Below, in pieces: positions 24,531-42,174 of a stretch of 64,000 bases of DNA; position 1 is the first letter of the stretch, and every line of letters begins with the position of its first letter. Made by a program: the position numbers and the translations under genes. This DNA is from Neocallimastix sp. 'constans' (taxonomy: Eukaryota). The notes beneath the pieces were generated by a model. The model was given only the letters and a program-made list of their open reading frames with translations. It was not told the origin of the DNA and ran no database searches. The stretch covers positions 310,001 to 374,000 of the forward strand of contig JBODTK010000117.1 in the NCBI GenBank assembly GCA_050613775.1, read 5' to 3'.

Positions 24531-26342
24531 ATGATTTATTATTTATTATTTAATAGTTTTTATTTTTCTTATTTCTTATTTATTAATATTATTATTATTA
24601 ATTTACAGAAAAAAAATATATATTATATATTACCTTTAATTATAATCATTTTATAACCTTTCTAATCAATGAAAACAATAATTATTCTATAAATATATTT
24701 AACTTTCAATTATTAAAAAATATTTATGTATAATTTAATTTTATTTGATTATTTTATAACTAATAATTTTATTATTATTATTTCACTATTTAAAATTTTT
24801 AAGATTTTAATTTCGTATACTTATTGTAATATATAAATATAATATGATATGCTTAATTTATTATATGTATAATAAATTTAGTCATATTTAGATTTAATTA
24901 TTCGTTATAATCTTTTATTTTTATTCAATGTTCTTTTTTATTGATATTATTTATTTAAAGAGAAGCTTTAAATCTATTTTTTTTTCTAAAAGCCAACCGT
25001 TATTATAAAACGGCAACTACCATTCTGACACAATTAAATTTTCGAAATCATTGTAAAATAAGGATATTCAATATTACTATATATTATAGTTTAAAAAATT
25101 GTTTCATCTAATAAAACCAATAAAAGAATTTTTATTAAATATTATATTGTAATATATAAAATCAATAATTATTTCATTATTTAACAAATATATTTATTTA
25201 TATTTATTTATTTACTTATATATATTTTATTTATTTAAATTTATTTATATATATTATTAGTATTATTATTTGTTTATTTATATATATATTTATTTATTTT
25301 AATATTTTTTTATATATTTATTTTGTTTTACATATATTTATTTATTTATTTTGATTCAATTTTTGAAATTATATTTACAATTATATTTATGTCAATATGG
25401 ATTATTATCCAATAAAATATTAAAAAAAGGCTCAATTGACTATCTGTTATATTTATATCATTAAAATATATTAAATAGGTTTTGAATTGATTTTATTGTT
25501 CCAATATTTACTATTTAAAAAAGGTGATGATCTATTTTTGATAAATAAATAATAAATAATATATATATATATATTTTTTTTTATCTTTAAAGCTAATTTT
25601 ATTTAATTTTTTAATTTGTTATTATTTTTTTTATTTGTTTCTTTTTCCAATTTTACTATGGACATTTTATAATATATAATTAATAAATTATAATATATCA
25701 ATGTAAGCATGTTACTTAATAATAAAAAAAAATTGATATATTTTTAGTTAATTTGCTTATTTGTTTCATTCAAAATAATTAATATATTATTTATTATACA
25801 TATTTATTAAAAAAAAAGACTTTTATTTGTTTATTTTTTTATCATTAAGATAAATATGTTTATTTTTTAATATCTAGAAAAAGGAATTCTTTTTTTATTA
25901 CCACTTTTATAAAAATTATCAAAGTCAATAATATTACAATGAATAATTTTCTTGTTTGATATTTTATATAATAATTTGTTATTTATTGACTTCTTTACAA
26001 CAATAGATAAACAAATAAATATATATAATTTTATTTTATTTATGCTTTCAAGTCCACCCTTGTTTTTGTTTAGCTTATTTATTTTATGAATTTATTAAAT
26101 AATATATGCTTATGTAATAAATATAAATGATCATGTGAATGAAATCTTCAAAAATATATACAAGAATTCCTTAATATAGGAAGAGAAAAATGTCTATTAT
26201 AATTAAATATATTATAATATATAGAATCAATATGCTATTATTTATATAAAAAAATTGATTTAATTCTTTCTAAAGATGGAATTTTTAAAAAATCCATAAC
26301 TTTTTTATTAAAAAGAATGAAAGAAAAAAAAAGTTTAAAATA

Positions 26343-26760
26343 TAATAAATAATAAATAATAAATAATAAATAATTAAATATTAAATAATCAATATTAAAT
26401 AATTAATATTTAATAATCAATAATAAACAATAAGTAATAAATAATAAATGATCAATAATCCATAATAAATTATAAATAATCAATAATAATCAATAATCAA
26501 TAATCAATAATTAATAGTAATAAATAATAAATAATAAATAATAAATAATAAATAAGTAATAAATAAAAATAATAAATAATAAATAATAAATAATAAATAA
26601 TTGAATAATAAATAATAAATAATAAATAATAAATAATAAATAATAAATAATAAATAATAAATAATAAATAATATATAATAAATAATAAATAATAAATAAT
26701 AAATAATAAATAATAAATAATAAATAATTGAATAATAATTAATAAATAATAAATAATTTA
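26343..26760. repeat. (TAATAAA)n / (TAATCAA)n heptamer satellite
   Basis: About 400 bp of degenerate 7-bp units. Confidence 0.9.
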
Positions 26761-27140
26761 ATCATAAATCATATATATAATGATAAATAATGACTTTTAA
26801 AAGAAAATTACAATAAATAATAAAATAAATAATATATAATAATATAATAATTTATATATATTTTAAATAAATAAATGTAAATATTTATAAATTATTTGTA
26901 TTTAATATATTTGAATAATTTCTTTTATTTTAACATATTGATCTATAATTATAAATCCTTATTCAATAAAAGTAATGGTTAATGAAAGAAAAATTACTAA
27001 AATTGCATAATAGCAATACATCAAAAATTATATCATTATACAATATATACATTAATTGAAAAAAAAACACATATATATTTATTTCAATAGAACTAATATT
27101 TTAATTCTAATAAAAATTAACCACAATAAAAAAAAAAATT

Positions 27141-27268
27141 AATTTAATTTTATTATAGTTATAAATTTTTATAATTATTTAATACTTTGGTTTTGATTTT
27201 TTTTTATTTAATTTTATTATAGTTATAAATTTTTATAATTATTTAATACTTTGGTTTTGATTTTTTTT
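27141..27268. repeat. ~65-bp tandem duplication
   Basis: TTTAATTTTATTATAGTTATAAATTTTTATAATTATTTAATACTTTGGTTTTGATTTTTTT occurs twice in tandem. Confidence 0.9.
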
Positions 27269-28209
27269 ATAATATTTTTTTACTATTTTAAACGGAACTT
27301 ATTAGAATTTTGTATAAATAACATATATATATAAAAATTTTATTTTAAAAACATTTTTTAATAATAAATATCTTACGTATAAATGTTTTTAAGAATTTTT
27401 TTTTTTAAATATATTATAAATATATATTTATGTATGCTCATTATTAATTATGTAAATAATTATAATAGTATAGTTAATTTCTAAATATTATTTTTTTATT
27501 TATTTACTTTTTTTTATTATACTTAATTTCTTTTTTTTTTTATTTAATAAATTTCCATATAATTGAAAAATTTTATATTATTATTTTTACTAATAATTTA
27601 ATCTATCCTTTTTAGTTTCATAGTTTAATTAAAAAAAAAAAGAAACAATTTAAAAAAAAATAATTTAAAAAAAAAAAAGAAAAAAATTAAATAGACAATA
27701 ATTAATAAAAGCTTTCATTTAAAAAATAATAATTTTGACTTGTTTTATAATTAATTAATTATATAAAGGATTTAATACGTAATAAAATATTTTTAATTCA
27801 TTATTTAAAAAAAATTGACTTCAAATTACATTTTCTGTAATTTAAATAAATAAAAAATATATATATTAAGTATTAAAATATTTTTATTTAATTCTTTTTT
27901 CTTTTTAATTATTACTATGAATCATTCATTTCAAAATAAAAAAAAAAATATATATATATATATATATTTAATATAATTTTATAGTTACATAGTAGTGTAA
28001 TTTGCAAAAAAAAAAAAAAAAAAAAAAAAGTACATGATATATTATTTATCAATTTTAATTATATTATAATAATAATAATAATTATCAAAATATTTATTCA
28101 TATTTCATTATAATGAAAATAAATTAATGAATAAAAAAATAATGTGTATATGGAAGGTACTCTTTATGTAAGTTTTAATGTTCATTATATTAAAATAAAT
28201 AAATAAATG

Positions 28210-28240
<31 letters not shown>

Positions 28241-29201
28241 AGGATATTTTTAAATAAGGTAAGCAAAGTATAAAGGAATAATAGAATTAGTGGTTCATTA
28301 ATAATTTGTGATTTATATCACTAATATTTCTTTTAATTTATAATATATTAGTTATTTTAATCATATGTATCATTGTTAATATTGTAAAAACAAATATTAA
28401 AAAAGTATAAATTTTTTAATAAAATTTTTTTTTGTTTGCTGTACTTTTATTTTCTGTTTAATATTATTACTTTTACTATTTTCATTTCTGTAATTAATAT
28501 TTTTAAATAATTTAACCATATATGAGATATGAGATTTTTTTTTTGTAATAAACGAATTTTAATTAAAAAAAAAAAACAATAAATAAAATTAAAAATTATT
28601 AAAATTATCTTGTATATTGAGAATATTTGACAGAAATATATATTAATTTATTATCATATTTTAAAATTTTTTTAATTTTTCTAAGGATTTATATGATTTA
28701 AAGATATATTAAATCTTATCATATTTTTGATTTGATTTAGTAATACTTAAAGTTGATATAATTAATAAATTGATACTGTCATACAATGTAAAAATTTAAA
28801 CGTTATGTATTTCTATTTTTATTTATGTATAAAATATTTTTATTTGTTACACAATAGTAAAGAATAATGATTTCTTCATTATTATGTTAAATTTTAATAC
28901 GTTTTAAATTTTTATTTTTTTATTTCAATGAAATTTTCCATTTTAAAGAATTATCTAAGATAATAATATTAAAGTAAACTTTATATTTTTATTTTATTTT
29001 TGAAATAAGAATCTATTTATGAATTCTTGTTCTATTTATTTATTATACTTTTAAAATAAAATGTTATATTGAACATTGATATCTAATAATTTAATGTTTA
29101 AAGAAAAAAATACTATGCAATATTTGTGTTTAGTTAATAGAGAGACTGCTGTGTATAAATATTTTATGTAGGAAACACCTGCAAAAAATAGACCTGGATC
29201 T

Positions 29202-29357
29202 AGTTCCTCAACAGACGATGAAACCTCTAGTCGTAATAAGGTCAATTAAGGAACGTATAGGAAGTTAATTATTTGAAAATAGATACGAAGTCACTAAAAT
29301 GGTATGTCCACTGATTATTTAATAAAGGTTGCACCGTCCGTTGAGGATTGAGGAACT
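29202..29357. other. Imperfect ~25-bp inverted repeat enclosing ~100 bp (MITE-like or structured RNA)
   Basis: AGTTCCTCAACAGACGATGAAACCT versus AGGTTGCACCGTCCGTTGAGGA(TTGAGGA)ACT inside an isolated GC-richer island. Confidence 0.55.
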
Positions 29358-29524
29358 TCAACAATATAATTTTTTTATTTATATTCATTCATTTATTTTA
29401 CTTTTATTAAAATTTAATTTCAAAATAATTATTATTTTTTTCCCCTTTTTTGGTTTAAATTTTTTTTTTTTTAATAATTATCACCGATTATTTATTAAAA
29501 CTTTTATTATTTTTAAATAAATAA

Positions 29525-29555
<31 letters not shown>

Positions 29556-30642
29556 TAATGCTAACTTTGTTAGGATATATAATACATTTATTATTATTTA
29601 TTTTTGAATCAAAGTATAAAAATATTACATAATAACAACTAAAAAAAAAAAAAAATAAATGAAAAAAAAAAGAAATATAATTAATACTAGAATTATAATA
29701 TATAAAGGACTATATACAATATGTTTTAAAGATTTTTCTATTTTTAAAGAATATAATAATTTTCTATTCATAATTTTTTTTATAAATATATATATCTACC
29801 TATTTATTCTATACTTTTTCTAGTATTCAAAATTATGATATTTAAATTAATCTTAAAAACAGAAAGCAAAAAGTATATTTCTGCTTGATTGATTAAAAGA
29901 AAAATATTTTTAGGAAAAGAGAATAATAATAATATTTATTTAATTATTATTACTACTATTATTAGTGTTATTATTATTAATTTATTTTCTAATATGAAGG
30001 AAAAGCAATAACTATTGTTACTATTAAATTTATGCCATTACATAACTTTTTATATTAGTTATATATTGAATATAGAAAATTATAAATTGGTCGAAACTAT
30101 TTAATTAAAATTTCATTGTTATAGAAAAAAGGAGGATGAAAAATTTAATTTATGAGAATCAAGCCAAAATAATAATTACATTGTAAATATGAAAATTTTA
30201 ATTAATAATAATTATATCTTGCAAATATTACTTTAAAAAAGTTTTTTATTATACATTATAATAAAATTTTCGATAATAAATAAAAAAACAGAAAAGTTGT
30301 TAAAAAATACAAAAATATAATAATAATAAAAAAAAAATCTTAACCACCAGAAAATTAAAAATATATAGAGGACTTGTTAATATTTAATAAATGGCAGTAT
30401 TTACAAATCCTTCAAAAACTTCATAATATATCACTAAAAAAAAAATTTTAATAAATTAAATTGATATATTTATTTTAATTACATATTATGGGATAGTTTT
30501 AATATGTTTAATATTTTAATTTGCTTAGTTTAAGAGAAATATAGCATTTTATTATAATTTGTTTTAACAAACATATGGTTAAATATAAAATAAAATTAAT
30601 CAGAGAATAATTATATATTAATAATAAAAAATAAGATTTAAT

Positions 30643-30687
<45 letters not shown>

Positions 30688-31360
30688 CATTTAAACATGG
30701 TAAATTAAAAGACCATTAAGTAATATTAATAATCCCTTTTCAAATGACTAATTATCATTTTATAATAAAAATACTTTTTTTTTTATTTTGAAAAAGACAA
30801 TTATTTTAACAATTTTTTTTTTTTTAATTATTTATTACTTTTATTTTTTTTTTTAACAATTTCTATAATATCAATAAAATAAATAAATAAAGAAAAAATA
30901 TTATATATATTTTTATGTGTAACCTTGGAATTTATCAAAAAATTTTTAAACACCGATATAGTGTTAATTTTTTTTATTATATCTTTAATATTCTTATTTT
31001 ATGGTATTAAATACTTCATATTGTATTAGTATATTTATTAAACAATATTTATACAATTCTTTAAGGCAATTATTACAACCTATTTTAAAATAAAAATACT
31101 TTTATTATAATATTCCTTTTATTTCTATTTATATAATGTTTTTAATTCTACTTTTTTGTTTATTTAAATATTTAATAATTCATTTAGTTCATTTTTTTAT
31201 AGCATATAAAATATTAATTACTTTGATAATACATTAATTCTGTACATAAAAAATTAAAAAATTAACCAAAAATTAGAAATTATTTTTAAGAATTTTTTTA
31301 TATAATAAAAAATTGACCAATCATTGAAAAGAAGGTATATATTCCTATTTTGAAATCTTA

Positions 31361-31454
31361 AGCCTCACTCGAGTCTTTTATATTATTTTATTTCATAGCC
31401 CTACACAAGCCCAAAAAAGCCCAAAGAGCAAATTTACGCCCAATTTTGAGCCTC
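31361..31454. promoter_or_regulatory. Cluster of CDRE-like (Crz1/Prz1-type) motifs
   Basis: AGCCTC at 31361, TGAGCCTC at 31447 (GAGGCTCA on minus) and three AGCCC in between, ~1.8 kb upstream of the Crz1-like gene. Confidence 0.45.
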
Positions 31455-31491
31455 AAATTTAGCAAAACCTTCCCATAATAAAATTTATTTT

Positions 31492-31541
<50 letters not shown>

Positions 31542-33270
31542 TAGTAATTAAAGTATTAAAAAAAACAACAATCATTAGTTTAGTAAGATAGAATAAAATT
31601 ATATTTGAAATAATAACAAGAGTAATAATAATAACTATAGTAGTATTAAAAAGAATTTTTATTTTATATATATATATATATTTTTTTAAAAAAAAAATCA
31701 ATAAAAAATCAATAATATAATAAATAAAAGAAAAGTCAATTGAAAAAGAAGAATTTATATTAATTAAAGAGTAAATTAATTAAAATAATTTTTTTCTTCT
31801 CAAATTATTATAGTAAATATAATTGCATCAATATATTTGTAAATAAATATTTAGGTTTATATCGGCATTATTTATTTTAAGATCATATAATATATCAGTA
31901 AACAAAATTAAAAAGCGGACATTATTTAATCAAGAATTATAATTATTTATTTATTAATAAAGTTATTTATTTATTTTAACTTATTTAAATAGAATATTTA
32001 TTAATTATAATAACCAATTAAATTAATAATATAGAAATAGATTTTTATTTATTTTATATTATATTAAAATATAAATCATTTAAATAGTATATATAAAGGT
32101 AGTATAAATTAAAGAAAGAAAAAAAAGAACATTGTTCATAAGTATTTTCTTTCATAATAAAAATATTAATGTATTCTCAAAGTATAAAGCAATATTTTAT
32201 ATCAGAAAAAGAAAATACGAATTTAATATCATGACGTAGAAAACAATTTTAATTTAATAAAGAAATTTTAAGTAAAGAAGTAAAATTAACAATAAAATTA
32301 AATAATTTGGTTCATAATAATAATAAATATATTTAGAATTATAAGTAATTTCAAAAAAAAAAATTGTTTTATTTATAAAATTGTAATATATTCAAAATAA
32401 AATAATCAAATAAAAGATTTAATTAAAATTTATAATTAAAAAATTAAAGTATTTAATTAATTATTTTTTAAATATTAGTAATCAAAATATTATAAATTGG
32501 GAAATTTGTTAAAAAGAGGTAATAAATTTGGGATTGATAATAGTAATAATAAACAGTATAATTAAAAATATATATAATTTGAAAGAAAAAGGTTTAGGGA
32601 TCTATAATAAATTGGTAATTAAATATTTAAATAATAATTAATCATTGTAAAGCACCATTATTTTTGAGTTTTTTAAGTGAATAAGGTGTTTAATTAGTAA
32701 TTAAATTTTTGTAAATAAGGCATGGATAATTTTTAAAAAGTAATTTTTGAAATATAGTTATAGTATAAATAAATTTAGTTATATAATGAATTATTTTGAT
32801 TTATTAGTTAATTTGTAGAAATATGGATAATTTCAAATTGGAAGTGTAATGCATACATTGAATATATTTTATTAGTATAATGGAACTATTATATATTGAA
32901 TATAAATAGTAGTATTTTTTTTTATTTCTTATTTTTATTTTTTATTTTTTTATTTTTTATTTTATTTTATTTTATTTTATTTTTTTGGTTTTATTAAATA
33001 TTAAAATTAGTAAAAGGAAAATTAGTTTTTGTAGAGTATTGGAATTGTAGAATAATAGTTTGTTTAATTATAATAATAATAGTAATAATATTATGTTTAA
33101 ATAAGTTAACGGAAATTTTATTATTAATTATAATAAAAGAAAAAAGTAAAAATAAAAAAAAAAAAAAAAAAGAAAAGAAAAAATATATTATTATTATACT
33201 GAATAATCTTCTCCATTTTTTCAAATAATTAAAGATTTTATTTAATATAAAGTAAGTTATACATGTAAAT

Positions 33271-36701
<3,431 letters not shown>

Positions 36702-38704
36702 AGAAATTAAAATATAATAATAATAATAATAATAATAACAATAGCAACAATAACAACAATAACAACATATAATATAATAATTATAGAAGCATAAAATAAT
36801 TATTTTGGAAATATATATATATATATATATATATATACTTTTTTTTTAAAATATATTCTAATATAATATTTTATATTAAATCAATAAATCAACAATAATC
36901 ATCAAAAAGGAAAATAGAAAATAAAGTAAGAAAAGTGAAGATGAAAATTAAATAATATTCAACATCAATATAAGAAATAAGGATATATTTGTAATAAAAG
37001 GCATAAACGTAAAAGTTAAACTTTAAATAATTAAGGGAAATATGGGATAAAAAAAAATCTTTAAATAATTTTTAAAATTTAAAAGAAATTCATTAATTTA
37101 GATAGAAAAAAAAATTATTTTATTAAAAAAATATAAAAAACATGTAATAATAATGATATTAATAGATTTATATAATTTTATTTAACATATGAATTTAATT
37201 CATTTTTTTTTCTTTTTCATTTATATAAATATTTATCTACATTTTATAATAATTCATATTAAAATTTTTCTTTTCTTTTTCTTTTTCTTTTTTAATATTA
37301 AAAAAGAGTTATTTTTTTTTATTTAATATTATTATAATAATTATAATTATAATTGTTTTATTTTATTTTATTATTATTTTATAATTATTTTTATATTTTT
37401 GAATATGTATATTTTTTTCTTTTTTTTTTTTTTAAATTAAGTTTTTAATAATCATTTTTTATTTTTATTTTTTTTTTAAACTATTAATGGTAATATGTAT
37501 AATAATTTTATAATTATTATTATTATTATTATTTTAATTTTAATTTTAAATTTATTTTTATGTATAAAAGACAATACAAAAAAAAAAAAAAAAAAAAAAA
37601 ACAGAATAAAAGCAAGCATTTAAATAAATCATAGTAAGAAATTTTTATATATATATTTTAAAGAAAAAAAAAATTATTATTATTTATTAAATATTTTTTA
37701 TTTAATTAATATTTATTTATTTATTTATTTTTAATAATCGTTTATTATTATTAGTAATAAATATTATAATTTATTTATTTTTATTGTTATTTTAGCTTCT
37801 ATATAAGTTTATTTTTTTATATATAAATTTATTTTTTTTTTTTTTAATTAATTTTTAATTTTAAAATTTTAATAATAAAATAATAAAATATTAAAACTTT
37901 ATTAAAAGTAAATAATTATAATATATATATATATAATTTTTTTTTTTTTAAAAAAAAAAAAAACTAATAAAAAACTATATCTATATATAAAAAAAAAATT
38001 TCATTCATTTGTACCATCCTCCATTAATTAATTAATTATTATAAAATAAAAAAAAAAAAAAATTTAGATATTTTAATAAATTTGTACATAGTAAAATCAT
38101 CATAATAAAAATAATTATTTATTTTATTTATTTATTTATTTATTATTATTATTTTTTTTTTTTAAAGAAAATTAGATTTCCAAATTTAAAAAAAATCATT
38201 TTCATTTTTTTTATAATGATTTTTTAATTATTCATTTTTTTTAAAAAAAAACTTAAATTCAAATTCAAAATAAAAAAAAAAAAAAAATCAATAATTTGAA
38301 GTCTATCTCTAACATATATCTATTCAATGATTTTATAACAAATAAAAATAAAAATAAAAATAATATAAGAACATTATTTTTATAATAAATATTTTAAAAA
38401 ACCTTTTTATTTTATTTTTTTTTTTTTAATACTTTTTTTTTTTTAATAGTTGGATTAATATTTTAAGCATTTAAAGTGACTTTTGTTTTTGTTTTTGTTT
38501 TTTTTTTTTTTTAAAAAACAAAAACAAAAGATATTGTTTAATTTAATTGTGTGCTATCTTTTTTTTTTTTTTTTTTTTTTTTTATTATTTTCATTTTTTT
38601 TAATATACATTAAAAAAAAAAAGAAATTTAAAAAAGTTAAATCAATAAAATAATAATAATAAAAAAAAAAAATAAGGTAAAATAAAATAACAATAAATAA
38701 TAAT

Positions 38705-38889
38705 ATGGCACCACTTTTAGCTTCAGCAGATTCTAATGTTATAAAATTATGGAATTGTGGATATAATAAAGACAATATTAAAGGCAATTTATTATTTCAA
38801 CTTAGAAATACGTTTTCTCCTTTTGATACTTCACTTAATATTAGTTGCATTGAATGGAGTCAAGATTGTAAATATCTATAATGATAATA

Positions 38890-38920
<31 letters not shown>

Positions 38921-38994
38921 GAAATTTTATATATAGATATATTTATTGAACTACAAAAGAAATTCATAATAATTTAATTTTACTAATAATAAAA

Positions 38995-39034
<40 letters not shown>

Positions 39035-39288
39035 TTTTTTTTCTATTATGTATATATTATATTATATATATTATATTATGTTATATATATATACTTTAAT
39101 AATTTTACAAATAAATATAATAATTAATAAATAATTTTAAAATATTTAACAATAAAAATATAGCAACAAAATTAGTTATTGGAACATTTGAAGGAGAAAT
39201 TATATTAATTGATTTTGAAAATTCTACTACTCAAAAAATATTAGTTGTAAATTTTTTATTTTTATTTTATTTATTATTATTTTTTCTT

Positions 39289-39358
<70 letters not shown>

Positions 39359-39508
39359 CTTTTTCCTAGTTATTAAGAGGAAAAAGAGTAATAAAGTTAT
39401 ATTAAATTTTTATTTTTTAATCTTTAAATGGGATTGTTATTTTTTTATTTTTTTTTAATTTGAATTTCAAATGAATATTATATATATATAAAGTTAATTT
39501 AGTAACAT

Positions 39509-39556
<48 letters not shown>

Positions 39557-40257
39557 TATATATCATTTAAATTAATTAAAATATATATAAAATTTCTGGA
39601 AATAATAGGAAAAAGAAAAAATATGTTCAGTTCGATTCTTTCAAAAGTCAAAATATTTATTAATATCAGGAAATAAAAAAATTATAAGATGGGATATTAA
39701 AGAAAAGAAATTTTTAAATTCATTAGCTGTAATGAATCTATTAATAACTTTACAATCGATATATAATTATAATTATTATTTATTTATTATCTAAATTTAG
39801 AATTTTATTACTAAATTTATTATATATATAACATTTTAATATTATAATTTTTATTAATAATAATAATTATTACTATTTACTATTTATATAATTATTATAT
39901 ACTTATATACTTAATTATCAAAAATAAATAAATAAAACTATAATTATTTTTTAAAAACAATAAATAAAATAAAATAAAATAAAATTAAAAGGGAAGCAAA
40001 ACTTCAGCAGTAGTATTAATTTCAACTAATCCAGAAGAAACTCAAATTGCTGCGGGTTCGTCAGATGGTAGTGTCATTTTATTTAATTTTGAAAGTGGTA
40101 CAAAAAAATTATTAAAAAATAATACTAGACAGGTACCTTTTTACATATAATCTTTTTTTTTTTTTTTTTTTTTTATTATTATAATAATTAATAATATTAA
40201 AAAAAAAAAAAAAAAGAAAAAAGAAGCAATAATAACACCAAAAACACACACATATAT

Positions 40258-40288
<31 letters not shown>

Positions 40289-42078
40289 AAACAGACAATC
40301 CAACAAATATTTATACATATTTTAATTTTAAATTTTTTTTATTATATATATATATATATTTATATTTTATCTTATTCTTTATTCTTCTTTTTCTATTTTT
40401 TTCTTCTTCTTCCTCTTTTTATTATTATTTTTAATAATATTATTTAAATGTATAAATAAAATAATAGGCAATAAATTGTATTGAATTTTCAAGACCAAAA
40501 ACACATTATTTAGCAACGGCAGGAGATGATGGTAATATTTATATCTATAGTGTACGACAAAGTAATAAACCTACTACCGTTCTTGAAAATGTTCATTATG
40601 CACCAATACAAAGTATTCAATTCGATCCAAAGGATAAAGATAAAATATTTAGTGTAGGTCTTGATAAACGTATTGTTATCTCTTCAATTGAGGAGAAAAG
40701 AACTCTTCTTTCCTTTGATACTCCTTATACTTTATACCATGTCACTACTAATCCAGAAGGCAATGTTTTAGCCTGTAGTACTGAAACAGGTACGATAAAT
40801 TTATTTTCATAATAATAAAAACAAATGAACAAACAAACAAACAAACAAACAAAAAAAAAAAAAAAAAAAAAAAAAAAGAGATATATAAATGTTATCAAAT
40901 TAATTTAAATATTATACTATAAGTTAGAAACTAATTTTTTAAATTATTTATTATTACTATTATTACTATTATTATCTTTTTATTTTTTTTATTTTTTTTT
41001 TTTTTATTTTTTTATTTTTTTTTATTTTTTATTTTTTTTTATTTTTTATTTTATTTTATTTTATTTTATTTTTTGTTTTAAAAAAAAGGTGAAATCTTAT
41101 TTTATGATTTAAGATTTAAACGTTTGGTTGGTACAATACCCGCATATGATAATCAACCAATTAAAGGATTATTATTCCAAGTAAATCTATAATTTATATA
41201 TAAAAATATATATTTGATTTATAAAATAATAAAAATTAAATAAATAAATAAATATAAATATAACTATAAATATAACTATAACTATAACTATAAATATAAA
41301 TATAAATATAAATATAAATATAAATATAAATATAAATATAAATATAAATATAAATATAAATATAAATATAAATATAAATATAAGTATATAAAGAGAATAT
41401 AATAAAAATGAGATAATACTAATAAATATATGATATAATACATATACCCATATACCTATATAATTGTTATTTAATAATATTTAATTTGATATATAATTAT
41501 AAAGTATACCAAAGTTTCACCCGTTATTATGAAACAAATGTCAAAGATACCATTAAATGCTGAATCAAATGACACCAAGGTTCCAAATCCAGGTATTTTT
41601 TTTTTTTTTTTTATATATAAAAAATTATATTAAATCTTATAATTAAATATTTAAAATATGTGATATATATATTATATTATTAATATAATGTTATATATAC
41701 TAGTAAAATTTTATATCTATTAGTAACATGTTATATATTAATAGTATAAAAAATAAGTCATTATATTAATTCATTAATGCATATCATTACATATCATATA
41801 TCATATGTTATTATTATAGTTTTATATTAAAATTAGTTAAAGGTATTATTTAATTTACACAAGACTAATTTTTTTTTTTATTTAAAAAAATGTATATAAT
41901 TATATTTATTTAATACTTTATTTAATTATAAATGCAGCCTCTATAAAGGTAATAATAATTTTTCTTATTTAATATCATTTAATATATATATATATATATA
42001 CAAATTATTTATATTAATAAATATTTATTTTTATTTTTATTTTTATTTTTTTTTTTTTATTTTATTTTTTATTTTATT

Positions 42079-42174
<96 letters not shown>

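Noticed and set aside
29217..29320. Hammerhead-like pieces GAAACCT..AGGTC and CTGATTA
   Set aside because: The core should be CUGANGA, and stems I and II cannot be formed convincingly.
30508..31701. Short Phe/Ile/Lys-rich ORFs in intergenic DNA (also 6615, 50129, 52765, 60905)
   Set aside because: Products of homopolymer and AT-rich tracts, with no domain motifs or coding-like composition.
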